In this document: positions 26,567-39,329 of the stretch, one piece after another
Layout: the number at the start of each line of letters is the position of its first letter
Numbering within the stretch: the stretch's first letter is position 1
Position numbers and translations under genes: made by a program
Assembly: GCA_013239625.1 (NCBI GenBank)
Contig: MU053881.1
Coordinates: 12,848,879-12,912,878 of the forward strand
DNA length: 64,000 bases
From: Lama guanicoe
Lineage: Eukaryota
Reading direction: 5' to 3'
The notes under the pieces: model-generated
What the model was told of the DNA's origin: nothing
The model's database searches: none
Seen by the model: the letters and a program-made list of their open reading frames with translations, nothing else

Positions 26567-29500
26567 ATTGCAATGTCCTGTATGAGGAGAACTTCAAGAT
26601 TTCCTAAAGCTGGTGCTATCCTTTTTATAAACAAAGAAAAAGTAAGGTGTTAAATTTTTAATGGTTTTCCCATTGTGGATAACTTTGTATTCCAATCCCA
26701 CTAGACTCATTTTAATGAGGACGTGGCATCTATAATTTCTATCCGAATGTTTGAAGAAACCGAGTACTATTAATTAAAAGTTTAAAAAAAACAATTTTAA
26801 TCAATTTTCTATCTTGCCATGGCCCATAAACCTTGAATTCTTTTTCCTTCTCCCAGTATTTTTCAACTGAGCAGTCAGTCACATATCATAAAAATAATTA
26901 CTGCAGATGCAAAGCTGCACGCTGAAAGCACAGTGGTACCTGCAGGTCCACTGTGTAATCATTTCTGAAAGTTACAAAGCACATTAAGTGAATTTCCCTC
27001 CTGGATGTGGGGTATCTACATATGTAGCTTAGGAAATGCAAAGCCAGCTACAAGGTATTCCTCCTACTTCAGGGCAGAAGCAATTAGTATGCTAAGAAGC
27101 GCATGTCCTTCTAGGTCCTTTTAGTTGCAAAGCTGTCTTTTTAAAGATAAAGAGGGCTTTCTTGTGAAAAGAGAAAACAGCAGTTCTAGTTTCTGATATA
27201 AACACACACATACACACAAGCTTGGAAGTGAGAAGAGCAACACAATTCATAACATTTCTGAATCCACGGATTATCATTTGTTCTGAGATATCTTTTTCCA
27301 ACTAATGATACACGGATATCCGTCCTGGAAAATATAATTGTGAAACACCATTTTAAAAGTGCAGCGTCCTTAGGCTATACTTTTGTAGGACATCTAGGCT
27401 AATGAACATGCAGATATTCCAGCCTTTGAAAACATGCTGCTTAGAAAAGGAATTCATAACTTCATTGCTTAGACTCTTTGTGGTTTCCAAAATGAGACAA
27501 GCCCAGATTGTCTTTGTTGTCGTGGATGTCTGACAAGGACACAGAAAGGAAAGTACCCGGGGAAGCTGCCTTAGCACCTTAATGCTTCTCTGGGTCTCAG
27601 ACTTCCCAGGTAGCACGGATAGTCTCATGGAAGCTGAGCTCAGCGTTACTCAGAGAATTCGGTATGAGCTCCAGTAACCTGCTCCTTCCTGTGCACCTGG
27701 AATTGCTAACTGGGGACGGTGCCCTGAGGGAGGAAGGCTTTGAGATGGTGTGAGTGGATGTGGAGTATATTAGAACATGGAGGTGAGAAGAAAGGCAAAA
27801 TAGACAGAAAAACGCAAACAAGAGTAGAGGAGGTCCTAGTCTGTAAGCGAAGAATGTTACGAAGTGCACTTTACACAATAGATGACGCTAACGCAGAGGG
27901 CTTTGAAGGCTGTCGGCTGTCATCACAAATGCTTCTTCACCTCCTTAATAAAGTGGAACTACAGAAGGTTTATTTAATTTTTCCACACTATAGCCATGTT
28001 TTACATAGATAAATAATTCTCTGTGTTCTTTAGTCACTAGAAAACTTTTCCTGAATTGGGCATCTGTTCCAATAAAAAAATATGAAACTATCTATCTATT
28101 TGACCTTTTGCCACTTTCTTTCTTCTGAGATGCTTTTTCAATTAATGTTCAATTCATTGTAAACTTGATAAAAAAAAAGATGAAGCAGTGTCCCTCCATA
28201 TAGACAGTAACAGCTGAGAGTTACACAAGTTAATGTGGTAGATTTCCACTTTCCATTCTTGGGCTTTAGGGGGCTTCGAAGGAGTGAGAAAAAAGTCAAA
28301 TAGAAAATAATTTTTTAAAAATTGTCAAGGTTTTCCAAGTAGAAATTGAAAAAGTATTTTTTATTAAAGAAAGGCTTGATCCTTTTTCATATGTAAGGAG
28401 GTTTTCAGAAAGATTGCTTTACTTGTTGGATTTATCAGATAGAAGGACTATGTGGTTAATATATTCAGCTTTTATATTCGGAAAAATGAGAGGATTAAAT
28501 AGAACAGGGCAGTAGTTTGAAATTATATTTGAATGATGTGTTCAACCTTGAATTGTGTAGAACACTATCACTAGAAACATCTTTGTTACGACTAGAAAAA
28601 TGAGGCTGGGAAGAAAGGATACTTCTCAAAACAACAATTTATTTAATTGTAAAAATGTTCTCCTTTGTCATTAAGCTACTTGGGAAAAGTCAATTATAGA
28701 TTCATTTAATAATTACCTTTTTAAAAACATTCTGGTTGAATAATTTTTTAAGTAACTGCTGATTATTCACAGCAGTGTCCTGCAACAAACCACAGAGAGT
28801 CTTTTTTTTTAAATCAAATAATAAATGAAATAATAACATGAATTATAAAGAGTCTTGTTATATTTGCATCTGCCAAAAATAAGCAATTTAGGATAAATAT
28901 TGTCCTTTAATCTATTTACACATATTTATAGGTGCCTGAAATGAGTAAGTGCTCAGCTGAAAACATTATATCTAAATGTGTCACGCTTGACACACTGATA
29001 GGATGTGATAGGAACATAAGCAAATACGAGGCTTTGTTTTCCTCATTTTCTGCAGTGGATTATTTTCTGCTATTCATTTGGCAGAGACCTATAATAAACT
29101 TGTATTTTTTGGCTTCCCTTCAGTTCAAAACTGGAAATAGTGATTGCTTCAGAGCCACTTAAAGGGATCTTCCTTAGAAAAATCATTCTCTTGCCATTTT
29201 GCAAAATTATGTCCGAGAAATGAAATGATTCTCAACATGACTGGATATGCGAGGAAATTTCTACTATTTTAAGCTAAGCAACATCGAGTTCAGTTTGTGC
29301 TCAGCGTAAGGGCAAAACTAAAGACGCTGTGGTTGGTAGAAATCAACCAGCATGCTGTATATTATCAGGTGATATCTATGGAATGGCTTTTTGATAACTG
29401 ATTTCATGTGCATAATAATTTTTAAACTTTTTTTAACCAAATGTAGGGTGTATTTACAATCTGAGATATGCTGTATTAATAATTGTCAATACAAACTTTT

Positions 29501-30861
29501 TTTCCCTGAAAATGTGTAATGAGAAATGGTACCTTAATGTCTATGTCGTTTTCTCTTCTTTGGTTCTGTATCAAGGAAACCAATGAGCTTCCCAGAGTAG
29601 AGACTTCTTAGCTTACCAGGATGGAGCTTTGAAGAAAGAAGGAAGCCTGAAGAAAAAGTGCTAATTGCAAGGGGATGACATCAAAGATGTGAACTATTGG
29701 GCAAGTTCAAGTTGTATACTTCCAAAGCCAAGATGAAAGAATAGGATAAGGACCCACAGTTTCCAAATTCTTCTCCAAGTTCATCTCCCAGGGCTGATTG
29801 CATATTTTTGTTACGTTTGCTAATATTTTTAATAATAGCAACAGCTTGATGAGTGTTGCTATGTTTTAGTCACCCAATTTCTGATGCTCACAACATTCTA
29901 TGTTAAGTTGAATTGAAATGCTTCCTGTATTTTCACCCAGAGTTGCTTCTTCTTCTAGAGGCTCTATTTTCTTTCATTAAGCTGTAGGTCAATTCTTAAT
30001 GTCATACAGTTCAAATTACTGTGGGTTTATAATATGTTTAATTTTCAGTGAACATAGGCTGCACTACACTCTCTCTTTCTTCATAGAACCCCTTTCACTC
30101 ACCTGCTTGTTCCAAAGCCTGGTACCCAAAGTGTGACACAGCTACTTACATTCACAATAAGCCACTATGATAATACAGTCCCACTCAGATCACTTCCATT
30201 GGAGTGCTGTAAGGAAGCCACAGCTTCCCTAACCATCTGTACGTTTTCCCTTCATCATTTCTTAGACCCGGTCTAATGAGAATGCCTTTTCATTCCTGTT
30301 CCTTCTCCCATACTTCCCAGCTCAGGATGAGAGTGTCTTGTTCCAGTAGATGTGAGTCATTAATTGGAAGAATAAAAATTCAATAGGGAACAAGAAATGG
30401 CCAGAAAAGGGGTGGTGAGCAGAATTATTTTGTCCAAATAATAGGAAAGCAGACTTGAAAAAAAATTAAAGCAGACTAAGTTTCCTGTCTGAATGAATGC
30501 CATGACTATGGTCTTCATGCTCAATAATTATCAGAAGGAATAATGTCAGATAAATCCTGAAATCTCCTCTTTCATGCATAAATAAAAATCTTTGCTCTCA
30601 TTTAAATACAATAACTAGTAGGTACTCATGAAAACCAGACAGACACACTTTTCTCTCATTTATCATACACATCTATTTTTGTTTCTTCCTAAGCAGCATT
30701 TTCTTATGAAGCCACATTAGTTGTTGACATAGTTTATATAGCATTTCCTCATAGGAAGAAGTTACTTGAAATTTTGCTGGTTATCTGCCCCAGGTCTGTT
30801 TAAAGCATTACCATACTTGTACCTGTAGGCAGTTTTCCTGCCTAATGTATTTTATTCAAAA

Positions 30862-31029
30862 CAGTGATTTCTAAAAATGCATTTGCACATCACAATTCTC
30901 TAGGGAGTTTGCTGAAAGCTGGACAAAGAGTTCTGTAAATCTAGTGAGTCAGAATCCCTGGGTTGGGAACTGTAGGCTGCATTTTTACCTTACTGGGCAA
31001 GTTTACCTCCCTGAATTTGGAAAGTACTG
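30862..31029. mobile_element. MER5-like hAT-Charlie element
   Basis: cagtgatttctaaaa...gagtcagaatccctgggttgggaac...tgcattttta...tttggaaagtactg. Confidence 0.65.
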
Positions 31030-31074
31030 TTTTGAAAATTTTCTTGATATGCATGCACTGAACATCTTGGGTGA

Positions 31075-31248
31075 ACAGATCTCAAACCTGGCTGTTATCG
31101 AAATCACCTTGAGAGCATTTAAACACTTGTGGGCACAGGTTCCATCCGTAAAAATGTAATTATGTGAATGTTAAGATGGGCAGTCAGAATCCCTATTTTA
31201 CAAAGCACCTCGGATAATTCTTCTCAGAGCCACACTTGGGAATGACTT
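31075..31248. mobile_element. MER5-like hAT-Charlie element
   Basis: tctcaaacctggctgttatcgaaatcacctt...ttttacaaagcacctcggataattc...ccacacttgggaatgact. Confidence 0.65.
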
Positions 31249-31499
31249 TCTGAAAACACATTCATAGCGGTCTCATCTTTAGTATTCTGCAGTTTTGGGA
31301 AAATTTGAACTTAGCAATCATCTGAATTTTTTTTTTTTTTAGTATACCGGAGTTCATGAAAATATTTGACTTCTTAAATGCCTAAACATGGAACAAACTT
31401 TAATATTTACAATATCCTTAAAAATGAAGTTATTATACTCTTGTGTTAAAAAGTGTGCTGAATTTCTACCAAGATACTCTGTAAATTTTGTAAATTACT

Positions 31500-31745
31500 C
31501 ATATGTTTATATATACAAATACAAATGAAATATCTCATGTGGCTCCCCCTCCTTAGTTACCATATTATCCTATTCAAGCCCTTGTGAAACATTCAATTTT
31601 TAAAATTTGTTTATTATGTCTTCTGTTACTAGAATGTTAACTCCGATAAGAACTCTCTATGCTGTGTTCCCCACTGAACTTCTAGCAGCTAGAATAGTGG
31701 AAGGTACATAATAGGTGTTCAGCTCATATCCGCTGAATGGTAGAT
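31500..31745 (+). mobile_element. L2 3' end
   Basis: actagaatgttaactccgataag...ctagaatagtggaaggtacataataggtgttcag...gctgaatg. Confidence 0.7.
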
Positions 31746-32477
31746 AGGGTATTATGTCCGTATATGCTGTTTATATACAGATTGTATATGTAAGCCATAT
31801 ATCCACATACGAGATTGGCATTTACCACAATCATGTGTGTATGTGTAGTATCTTAGATGCTAATCAAAGTGCATTTTATTGGTTGTGCAAATTCTCTTGT
31901 ATTCATAGTTAGAGCAATCTCTTCTAAATCCCAAATGCAAAGAGAGTCTGGTAGTTATGAATAGATAGCCTCATCCCTTTCATTTGAAATGGACCCGGAG
32001 GCCTTCCTGGATTTGGATATCCCATTGGTATTTCTTTTCAAGAGGGGTCACGCCACTGCTCAGGTGCTGTGAGTCATTGTCACCTGATGGATGTGGAAAG
32101 CAGCTGAATCATACTGGAATCACGTTGCCTCACGAGGGATGTGTCAGCTAGTTAGTCTTCAGCCACATGATGAAAAGTGTAGTTAATGATACTGTTACAT
32201 TGTCACACTGAAAAACTTCAGAACGAAGTGGCTAAAAATATTTTCTTACCGTGTAAGGGAGTGAGGACATGGAATGCTTACCTTTAAAGCTGTTTTTGAA
32301 GGATGAGGCTGTTCTGATTGCTTTTCTCTCTGGGTAATACCCTTCTCAAGGGAAGAGTGCACCTCACAGGCATTCACCATGGCCGTTCCTTGGATGCTCA
32401 GCCAGGTTGTAACGCCAAGTTTGCTGCCTGGGAGGCTGACTGGTGGGTGTATGGCACACTCAGCATTTGGTCTTCTA

Positions 32478-33010
32478 TGCATTCATTCCTCAGCAATGTT
32501 CACTCTCGTATTCTTTGTATTCCAGGGACTGTGCACCCTCTAGAAGGCAAGGGAGAATAATGATGATGGATTCACTACAGTGTTCTCTGGGCTGTGATAC
32601 TGGTATACACACGGACTGCTCTGGAAATACAAACAAGGACATCTACAGGCTGGTGGCACCAAGGATGCCTACCTGGAGTAGGAGGTAATTGTGCTGAGTC
32701 TTGAGGATGAGCTGGATTTATCCATTCCACAAATATTTATGGAGTGACTTTTATGGAGCTAGGCTATACTCTGGAAACACTGAGGGGGAGCAAGACAGAC
32801 ATGAACACTGCCATCAGGAACTCACGGCCTGAGGGGTGGGGGTGGCGGGCAGGCATAAAACAAATCATCTCCGAGTGAAAATATGTGGTAAGTGAGGAAA
32901 AGTCAACAGGCTGTAAGAGAGCATCGTAGATGGACCAACATTTTGATAAATTGCTCAGGGAAAACCTCTCTTAGAGAAAATGGTATTTGAGATGACACCT
33001 GAAGTGGGAT
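32478..33010 (-). mobile_element. Two L2 3' fragments in tandem
   Basis: attcattcctcagcaatgtt... and ccattccacaaatatttatggagtgac...caagacagacatgaacactgccatcaggaactcac...tcagggaaaacctctc...tttgagatgacacctgaa. Confidence 0.7.
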
Positions 33011-33248
33011 ACAAGTTATCTTTTAAACAAAGACAAGGAGAAAAGTGCACCAGAAAGCAAAAGCAGAAGCCCCTTTATTTTATGCAAAGAACTTTTCTCT
33101 AAAAACAGCCAACAAATCCCGAAATGAACAACAACAACGAAAAGTTTTTAAATCATTGCCTTCACTGAATATTTTATTAGTTGAGAATTTCAGAACACCA
33201 TGAATAGTTACAAAAAATAGTTGGAGACTAAATTTTTTTTACCTCTTT

Positions 33249-33376
33249 ATGTTGACAGATGTTAACTAGACTTTATTGTGGTGATCATTTTGCAACATAT
33301 ACAAATGTCAAATCATTGGGTCTTATACCTGAAATGAATGTAACATTACATGTCTATTATACCTCAATTAAAAAAA
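33249..33376 (+). mobile_element. Short L1 3' terminal fragment (L1MA/Laurasiatherian type)
   Basis: gacagatgttaactagactttattgtggtgatcattttgcaacatatacaaatgtcaaatcatt...tatacctgaaa...tatacctcaattaaaaaaa. Confidence 0.9.
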
Positions 33377-35434
33377 GATTTAAAAAACTTCAAAACACGA
33401 CCAACAGTGATGGTTTGGAAACTGTTAGGAAAGGAGCCTGAAATCGCTTTTTTTTCTCTCATTTTGATTTCTTTCTTTTTTAAAAAATTATTTCTTAAAA
33501 GAGAATAGAAGATATTTTAGAGATAGTCATCAGATTGTTGTTTGAACTTAAATTTGTTGTTTTTAATTTATATAGTTACTCTTGATGTCATGGTTCGATT
33601 GCTGTTGGGTTTTTTGAATTTTCAAATGTCAACTTATACTTGGCTCTGTGCAGCTATAGAACACTGTAAAATAGACAAAGACCCAATGTGGAGTTACTGC
33701 CTTTCTAACTTTTCACTCTCCAGCAAACTTTCCTATTTATTGCCCTCCAGCCATAATAACTCACTCTTGTCAGATTGTATTCCTCTCTGCCCATCTCCAC
33801 TTTCAGTACATTTCTCATTGAATATTGGTTATGCTGCAATATAGCACATTCGTGAGATCTGGGCTTCTGGTCTCCACTGATGCAAATGCTTTCTCATGTG
33901 CCATGGGGCAGAGGCTTTCATTTGGTTTGAATCTCACAGGGCAACGGGTACGTCAAAGTCTCTGGACCTTTACTCCAAGGCTTCTTTCAGGAACTGACAT
34001 TTAAATGGGGAATTAATGAAGTTGGTCATGCAACAAGAATGCGAAAGAGCACCCCGAGTGAATAAGGGCGAGGTAGGGAGTCCAGGCAGTGAGAACTGGC
34101 CTGTGCAAAGACTCAGAGAAGCAAGACATTGTAATTCATTCTAGGAACTACTCTTAGTTGTGAGCTACAATGCAGAGCTTAAAGACGAAGAGAAAACTAC
34201 CAGCACGTAGAGACATTGTTTGAACCTCTGGGCAAAGTCCTACCCCAAGCTATGTCTTTCCGTTACAGGAGCTACATAAAGTAAGCTTTACCTAAAGTCA
34301 GCTTGAGTGGGATGCCCGTTGTTGCAATGAAAGCATCCTGAATAATGTAAAGTTTAATGGGAGCTTTTCTTGGTCTGAATCTAAACCATCAGCCTTTTCT
34401 AGGGCTTCTCAGGTTAATTTCAACAGCATGTCAAGGTAGCTTTAGTCTTAATGAACCAAGCTGAGAATTTTTCATTATGTTTGACTTAACCATTTTTTCT
34501 TGGTTATAACAGGAAAATACTCCCATTTTATCAGCTTCCTATTTTTTTTTTAAATCTGGAACTTACAGTACCTCAGAATAAATGCATATGCTATATTGAA
34601 GTTTTATGTTTATCCCCAAATCATTGTTAAAAAATTCTTTACCGGGAAAAAAGTTTTATTTCAGTTTCTATGCTGTCCTGCAATGGATATTTTATATTTA
34701 GCATTATCTTTTTTTGGTTATTCTCTAAACATTGTTATGTCCTTCAACTGATATTCCAGAATGTTAAGCAATTTTTGCATCTTTCTAAAGCCGTTGGAGA
34801 TTTAACACCCTTAAATGATTGCCTAGAACCTACATAATCTCCCATAAATCTTCCAGGTTATTTGATCTGCCATTTCAAATAGTTTCATCAGCAATTCTTT
34901 TTGTACTTTATTGATCTGATAAACTAGCCGAAACAGAAATGGAGGTCCTAATATAATCACAGTGAGGAGGTTTAGTGAAGCAGAGCCTATCCTGGCAGTT
35001 AACAGACAGATCTAAAGAGATGAAACAAAAAAGCTGCTGAATTATATTTGTAATTTAAAATGAAACAAACCAATGCTTCTGTATATTCACAATCCAATCC
35101 AGGTACAGGGTCCATCTTACTGCCCTTAATTTGACAATCAGTTTGAGATACAAAGGAGAATCCTAAACCCAAATGTTATGAGAAGTTTTTAGAGTATAGT
35201 AGAGCTGGGAAGTCTGAGGTAATGAGACTTGCTTTGCATACAAGGCGTGTAGAATGGGGTGAGGAAAGGGGGAGCTCTGACACAAGGACCACCCTGTGAA
35301 AAACCTAATTCCTTGTTTCTTACAGGGACATTTGGGCAAATGGCCAAGTCAACAGGCCAAAGTCAGGCTTTAAAAATGACAAAGCAAGTTGATGGGGGAG
35401 AATGTGGGGAGGTGGAAAGCGGGCATAGAATATT

Positions 35435-35715
35435 TATCGAGAGCCTGGGCTTCGCTGACAGTCAATTATAAATTGAATCTTGAATCCGCAGTTTAGTAGC
35501 TGAGTGATCTTGATCAAGGGACTTCACTTTGAACTTGGACAAGTCACTTTTGAGAGCCTCATTTTCCCCTTCCTGGCAAGTGGCTTAACTGTAGATGTCA
35601 GTTTCTTCATGTGTATACAGAATAACTGATGAAATTAACATTATTGAACTGTTGTGAAATGTGATGAGATGATGCCTGATATGTAATAAGAACTCAGCAA
35701 ATGTTCAATATTATA
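35435..35715 (+). mobile_element. MIR SINE with internal reiteration
   Basis: tagtagctgagtgatcttg...cttggacaagtcacttt...gcctcattttcc...cagtttcttcat...gaactcagcaaatgtt. Confidence 0.7.
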
Positions 35716-36191
35716 ACGACTTTGATTAAGATGGTGATAGCAAATTGTGATTCAGAATTCTGAGGGTTAAGGGAATTTGAAGAATGAGACCCTGTTACTC
35801 AGGGAAGAACTAGCACTTGCCTAATCGAATTAGACAAGGCTTGAGGGCAGGGTCTTGGTCCTAGAAAGGCATTGTGGTTCTCGAATAATTCTGCTGTCAG
35901 CAAAGTAGGGGTCATACAAAGATGCTAGTCTAATATGGAAGGGTTTTGAGATAGACGGAGAAAGGTATTAAACCTTTCTGGTTCTATTCTGGCACCTACT
36001 ACAGATTCAGGGTACCAAGAAATTTAAATCAGACCATCGCTAGACCCAACTGTGGCCACTGGAACTGGCAGAGTCAAGGAAGTGAAATTAAATAATTCAT
36101 GCAAAGCAGTTGGCACAATGCTCCATAAATAGGATTTATAATTGTTGTGCTTTCCTTGAAGTATTTTCTACTCTTGACATCCCTGATAACA

Positions 36192-36300
36192 AGGATTGCC
36201 GGATTTAGCAGATTAAAAAAAAAAAGATTCTCAGTTACATTTGAATTTCAGAGAAGCAATGAATAGTTTTTAGTATATAAGTATTTCCCCAATACTGCAT
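36192..36300. mobile_element. MER53 hAT MITE (one arm)
   Basis: aggattgccggatttagcagatt...cagttacatttgaatttcagagaagcaatgaatagtttttagtat matches the remembered MER53 left arm. Confidence 0.8.
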
Positions 36301-36319
36301 GTATGCAGGAACTTTACCA

Positions 36320-36722
36320 GTAACCCACTCTTCTTTCTCTGCTATACCTTCTCAGTCTTCTCTGGTGGCTCCTTGAATTACATGGAATTTTATGCCTCAT
36401 GAGAAGCTTCCTCCTGCCTTGTAAACTTTGCATGTGGTATTCTCTTTGCCTAGAAGAGACATTCTCCTTCCATATTAGACTGTCAGTTTAATTCTCATCC
36501 TTTAAGTTTTGGAATACTCAGATGAAACCCAAGACTAGGTTCAGTTCCTTGTGCAGTTTCACAACACACTTGGCAGTGCATATCCCACTTACATTTAGAG
36601 ATTGCCTGTTTGCCTTTCTAGACTAAACTCCATGAGGCAAAAATGATATTTGACCTAACCTCTACTGAGTTGCCCAAACCCAGCACATGAAACGCACTCA
36701 ATAAACGTTTGTAGAATATGAA
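36320..36722 (+). mobile_element. L2 3' fragment
   Basis: ctttgcatgtggtattctctttgcctaga...ctagactaaactccatgaggcaa...gcactcaataaacgtttgtagaat. Confidence 0.75.
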
Positions 36723-37464
36723 AGGAGTAATAATTGTTGTTATGATATTTTAATAAGCATTAACTTTTGCTTTGCATGGCAGATTTATTCAGTGTACTTC
36801 AAAGACACTAAGAAGCACCTTCTTATGACACTCTAATAAGATATTAAAGCAGTAAGCTTCTACTGGGTAGTGATCAGTTCTAATTTCTAGTATAATGACA
36901 AACTTTTAATGAGCAAGTGAAATGTCCCAGGTGTTTCTGGGTGTGCTTAAAATGCTATCTAATTTTATCCATAGCCTACTCTAGTCAGATCAATACTAGC
37001 TCAGAGAACACTAATTAATGATCCAGGATGACAGGTGATGAATTTTATATTTGGCAGGTTATAGATATTTGGAAAAAATTAATTATTAACGAAGGACATT
37101 GCTCTATATAGGCAGGACCACTCAAGAAATCAAGTAACAAAATAGCTTTTTTTTTTTGGATGAGTAAAGAAAGTTACTGAAAGAATAAGGAGACGGTGCA
37201 TTGCCACAAGGATTTGATAGTTTCTTTTCCAATATAGGGAGTTAATTTCTACCTCGCTGATGAATATTACAATTATTAAAATCAAATCACTCTCTTATCG
37301 ACTGGAAATTCTACTTAATATTTTATCATCTTTTGTTTCACTTAGCCATTAAAAAAAAATCACTGTAATAACTCATCCCACCTGAAATACTAACAGTTTT
37401 CTAAATTTGGCCATTTCTTCCATTAGAAATATTTTACTTATTTTTTGAGGCTGTAAGCAATACT

Positions 37465-37488
37465 GATTGATTGATTGATTGATTGATT
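37465..37488. repeat. (ATTG)n microsatellite
   Basis: gattgattgattgattgattgatt. Confidence 0.9.
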
Positions 37489-37849
37489 TACAATTCAATG
37501 AGAAATATTTTTAAATGACATCTATATTTAAAAACCATTGAAGGCTTATCAATGACTTAGATAAAAATTATTTATTGGTTGTGAATAGCTTCGTTATAGG
37601 TAATCTGACCCTTGTTATGCAGATTTTTATTGTTTCTACAAGTGATATTTCCTACCCTTGTTTCAAATGCTTACAGTACATCCTTTTTGTGGCTTGCAAC
37701 TGCCTGTTCATAGATTACAAAGTGTATTGAATTATTCAGAGACAAGAGAAATTATTAAATAAAGATATAGTTAAGAAATTACTGTCATTCTAGAGTATAT
37801 TAACATGCTTTTGTAAGAGAAATCAAGGCTGCATACAGTCAATTTTTTA

Positions 37850-38140
37850 TATTATTTATTTTATTTTTAACACACTCTTAATACAAGTTTAATGTAGTTG
37901 CATAAGTGTATAAATCATAACTGTACAACTGTATGAATTATCACAGCATGAACATGCTTTTGTAATGCACCCTACAGATCAAAAAGTAGAATATTTCCAG
38001 CATACTAAAAACTATTCTTAACGCTTCCACATCTCTCTCCCTACCCTACTCATCAAAGAGAAAAAAAACTCTCCCTGGAACATCTTAGTTTTGCCTTTAT
38101 TTAAATGAAATCATAAGAATATATTTTCGTGTCTGGCTTT
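37850..38140 (-). mobile_element. Old L1M (MB/ME-type) 3' end
   Basis: aagtgtataaatcataactgtacaac...cagatcaaaaagtagaatatttccagca...ttagttttgcct...aaatgaaatcata...tttcgtgtctggcttt. Confidence 0.75.
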
Positions 38141-39329
38141 ATGAATTCCGATGTTTGTCCCTCAAGCTCTGTGATAAAGCTTAAAGTTTTGCTCATCTTC
38201 TCAGTCTTTGAGCCCTCGCTTTCTGATCAGATTCCCAAAGCTGCTGCTTTGATTTTTGAATTCCACAGTGGAGAAGTGGCCCTGCAGATGGGGCTCACTT
38301 TTCTGTGCTTTCTTTCTCCCCATGATCTTGGCCCTCAGATCTTCACTGCCTTGAAATCTCCCAGTTGCCTTCAAATGATAAGTCTTTTTCTATTTTGGAC
38401 AGTTTTTCTAATGATTCTCAGCTCATCTCAGCTAGTCTAGTTGCTCAAGCTCATCTCAACAATTTAGCCTGTTGATTGCCAGCAAGCTAAGCCTTCATCA
38501 GTGTAAGCAGCAGTCAAGCCAAGCATCTTCATGTTCTTATTCTTCCAATTTTATTGGCTAATTTCATGGCACAGAAGTTGAGCTTTGTTGCTGTAGAAGC
38601 CCCATTTCCTGCTGGCCTCTCTCTCCTTTCCCAGAATTCACCTACTTACTACTTCATCTCTTCCCACAGAAAAACATACAACTTCCTTTCACAGAGAGAG
38701 ATTTCCTCCTGGTGTCTGCCTTGCATCCATATACATTCTGTAATCTTGAGTAACACCTCATCCTTCAACCAGGTACCTGTTATTCTCTCTGTCCTGTTTT
38801 GACAGGGGAAGGGGAAGGGGAAGGAAGGAGGATGGATTTATATCTCTTGAGAGTGAGGATGAATAGAATCATCTGTTCTGTTTTAAGCTCCCAGCAGATA
38901 AAATCTATGGATTTGCTGGAAACTTTAATACTTGAACCATTAAGTAACAGGTATCTCTAAAATAAAATTTTATCTGAGCAAAACAACTTACCTCATGTTG
39001 AGTAAATGTTATTTACGCTATTAACAGGGCCCTGGCTCTGACTTTTAAGCCTAACGTGTGTCTGAGGCAGTACTGAGAAGCTGTGCACCCTTTTCTTCTC
39101 TGCCTAGGGACGGGCAGTGAGATAAAAGACTATTTCTCTTTCCTACTTCAGGAATGGTGGCGCCAGTGACATTGTTTTTCAGTCTGTGATATAAATGGAG
39201 CGTGTATGCATGTGTGTAACAATTTCTCTTACCATATGCACCAGTTTTACTTACATATCACTCCATCAGTCAAATGTAGAACTGTGTCAGTTTCTCCAGC
39301 AGTTTTGATAATATCCGTACTTCTCTCTT

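Noticed and set aside
27312..27323. Perfect 12-bp palindrome acggatatccgt, plus short hairpins at 10507-10528 and 18755-18776
   Set aside because: Palindromes and 9-10-bp stems of this size are expected by chance in 64 kb of AT-rich DNA; no pre-miRNA-length stem was seen.
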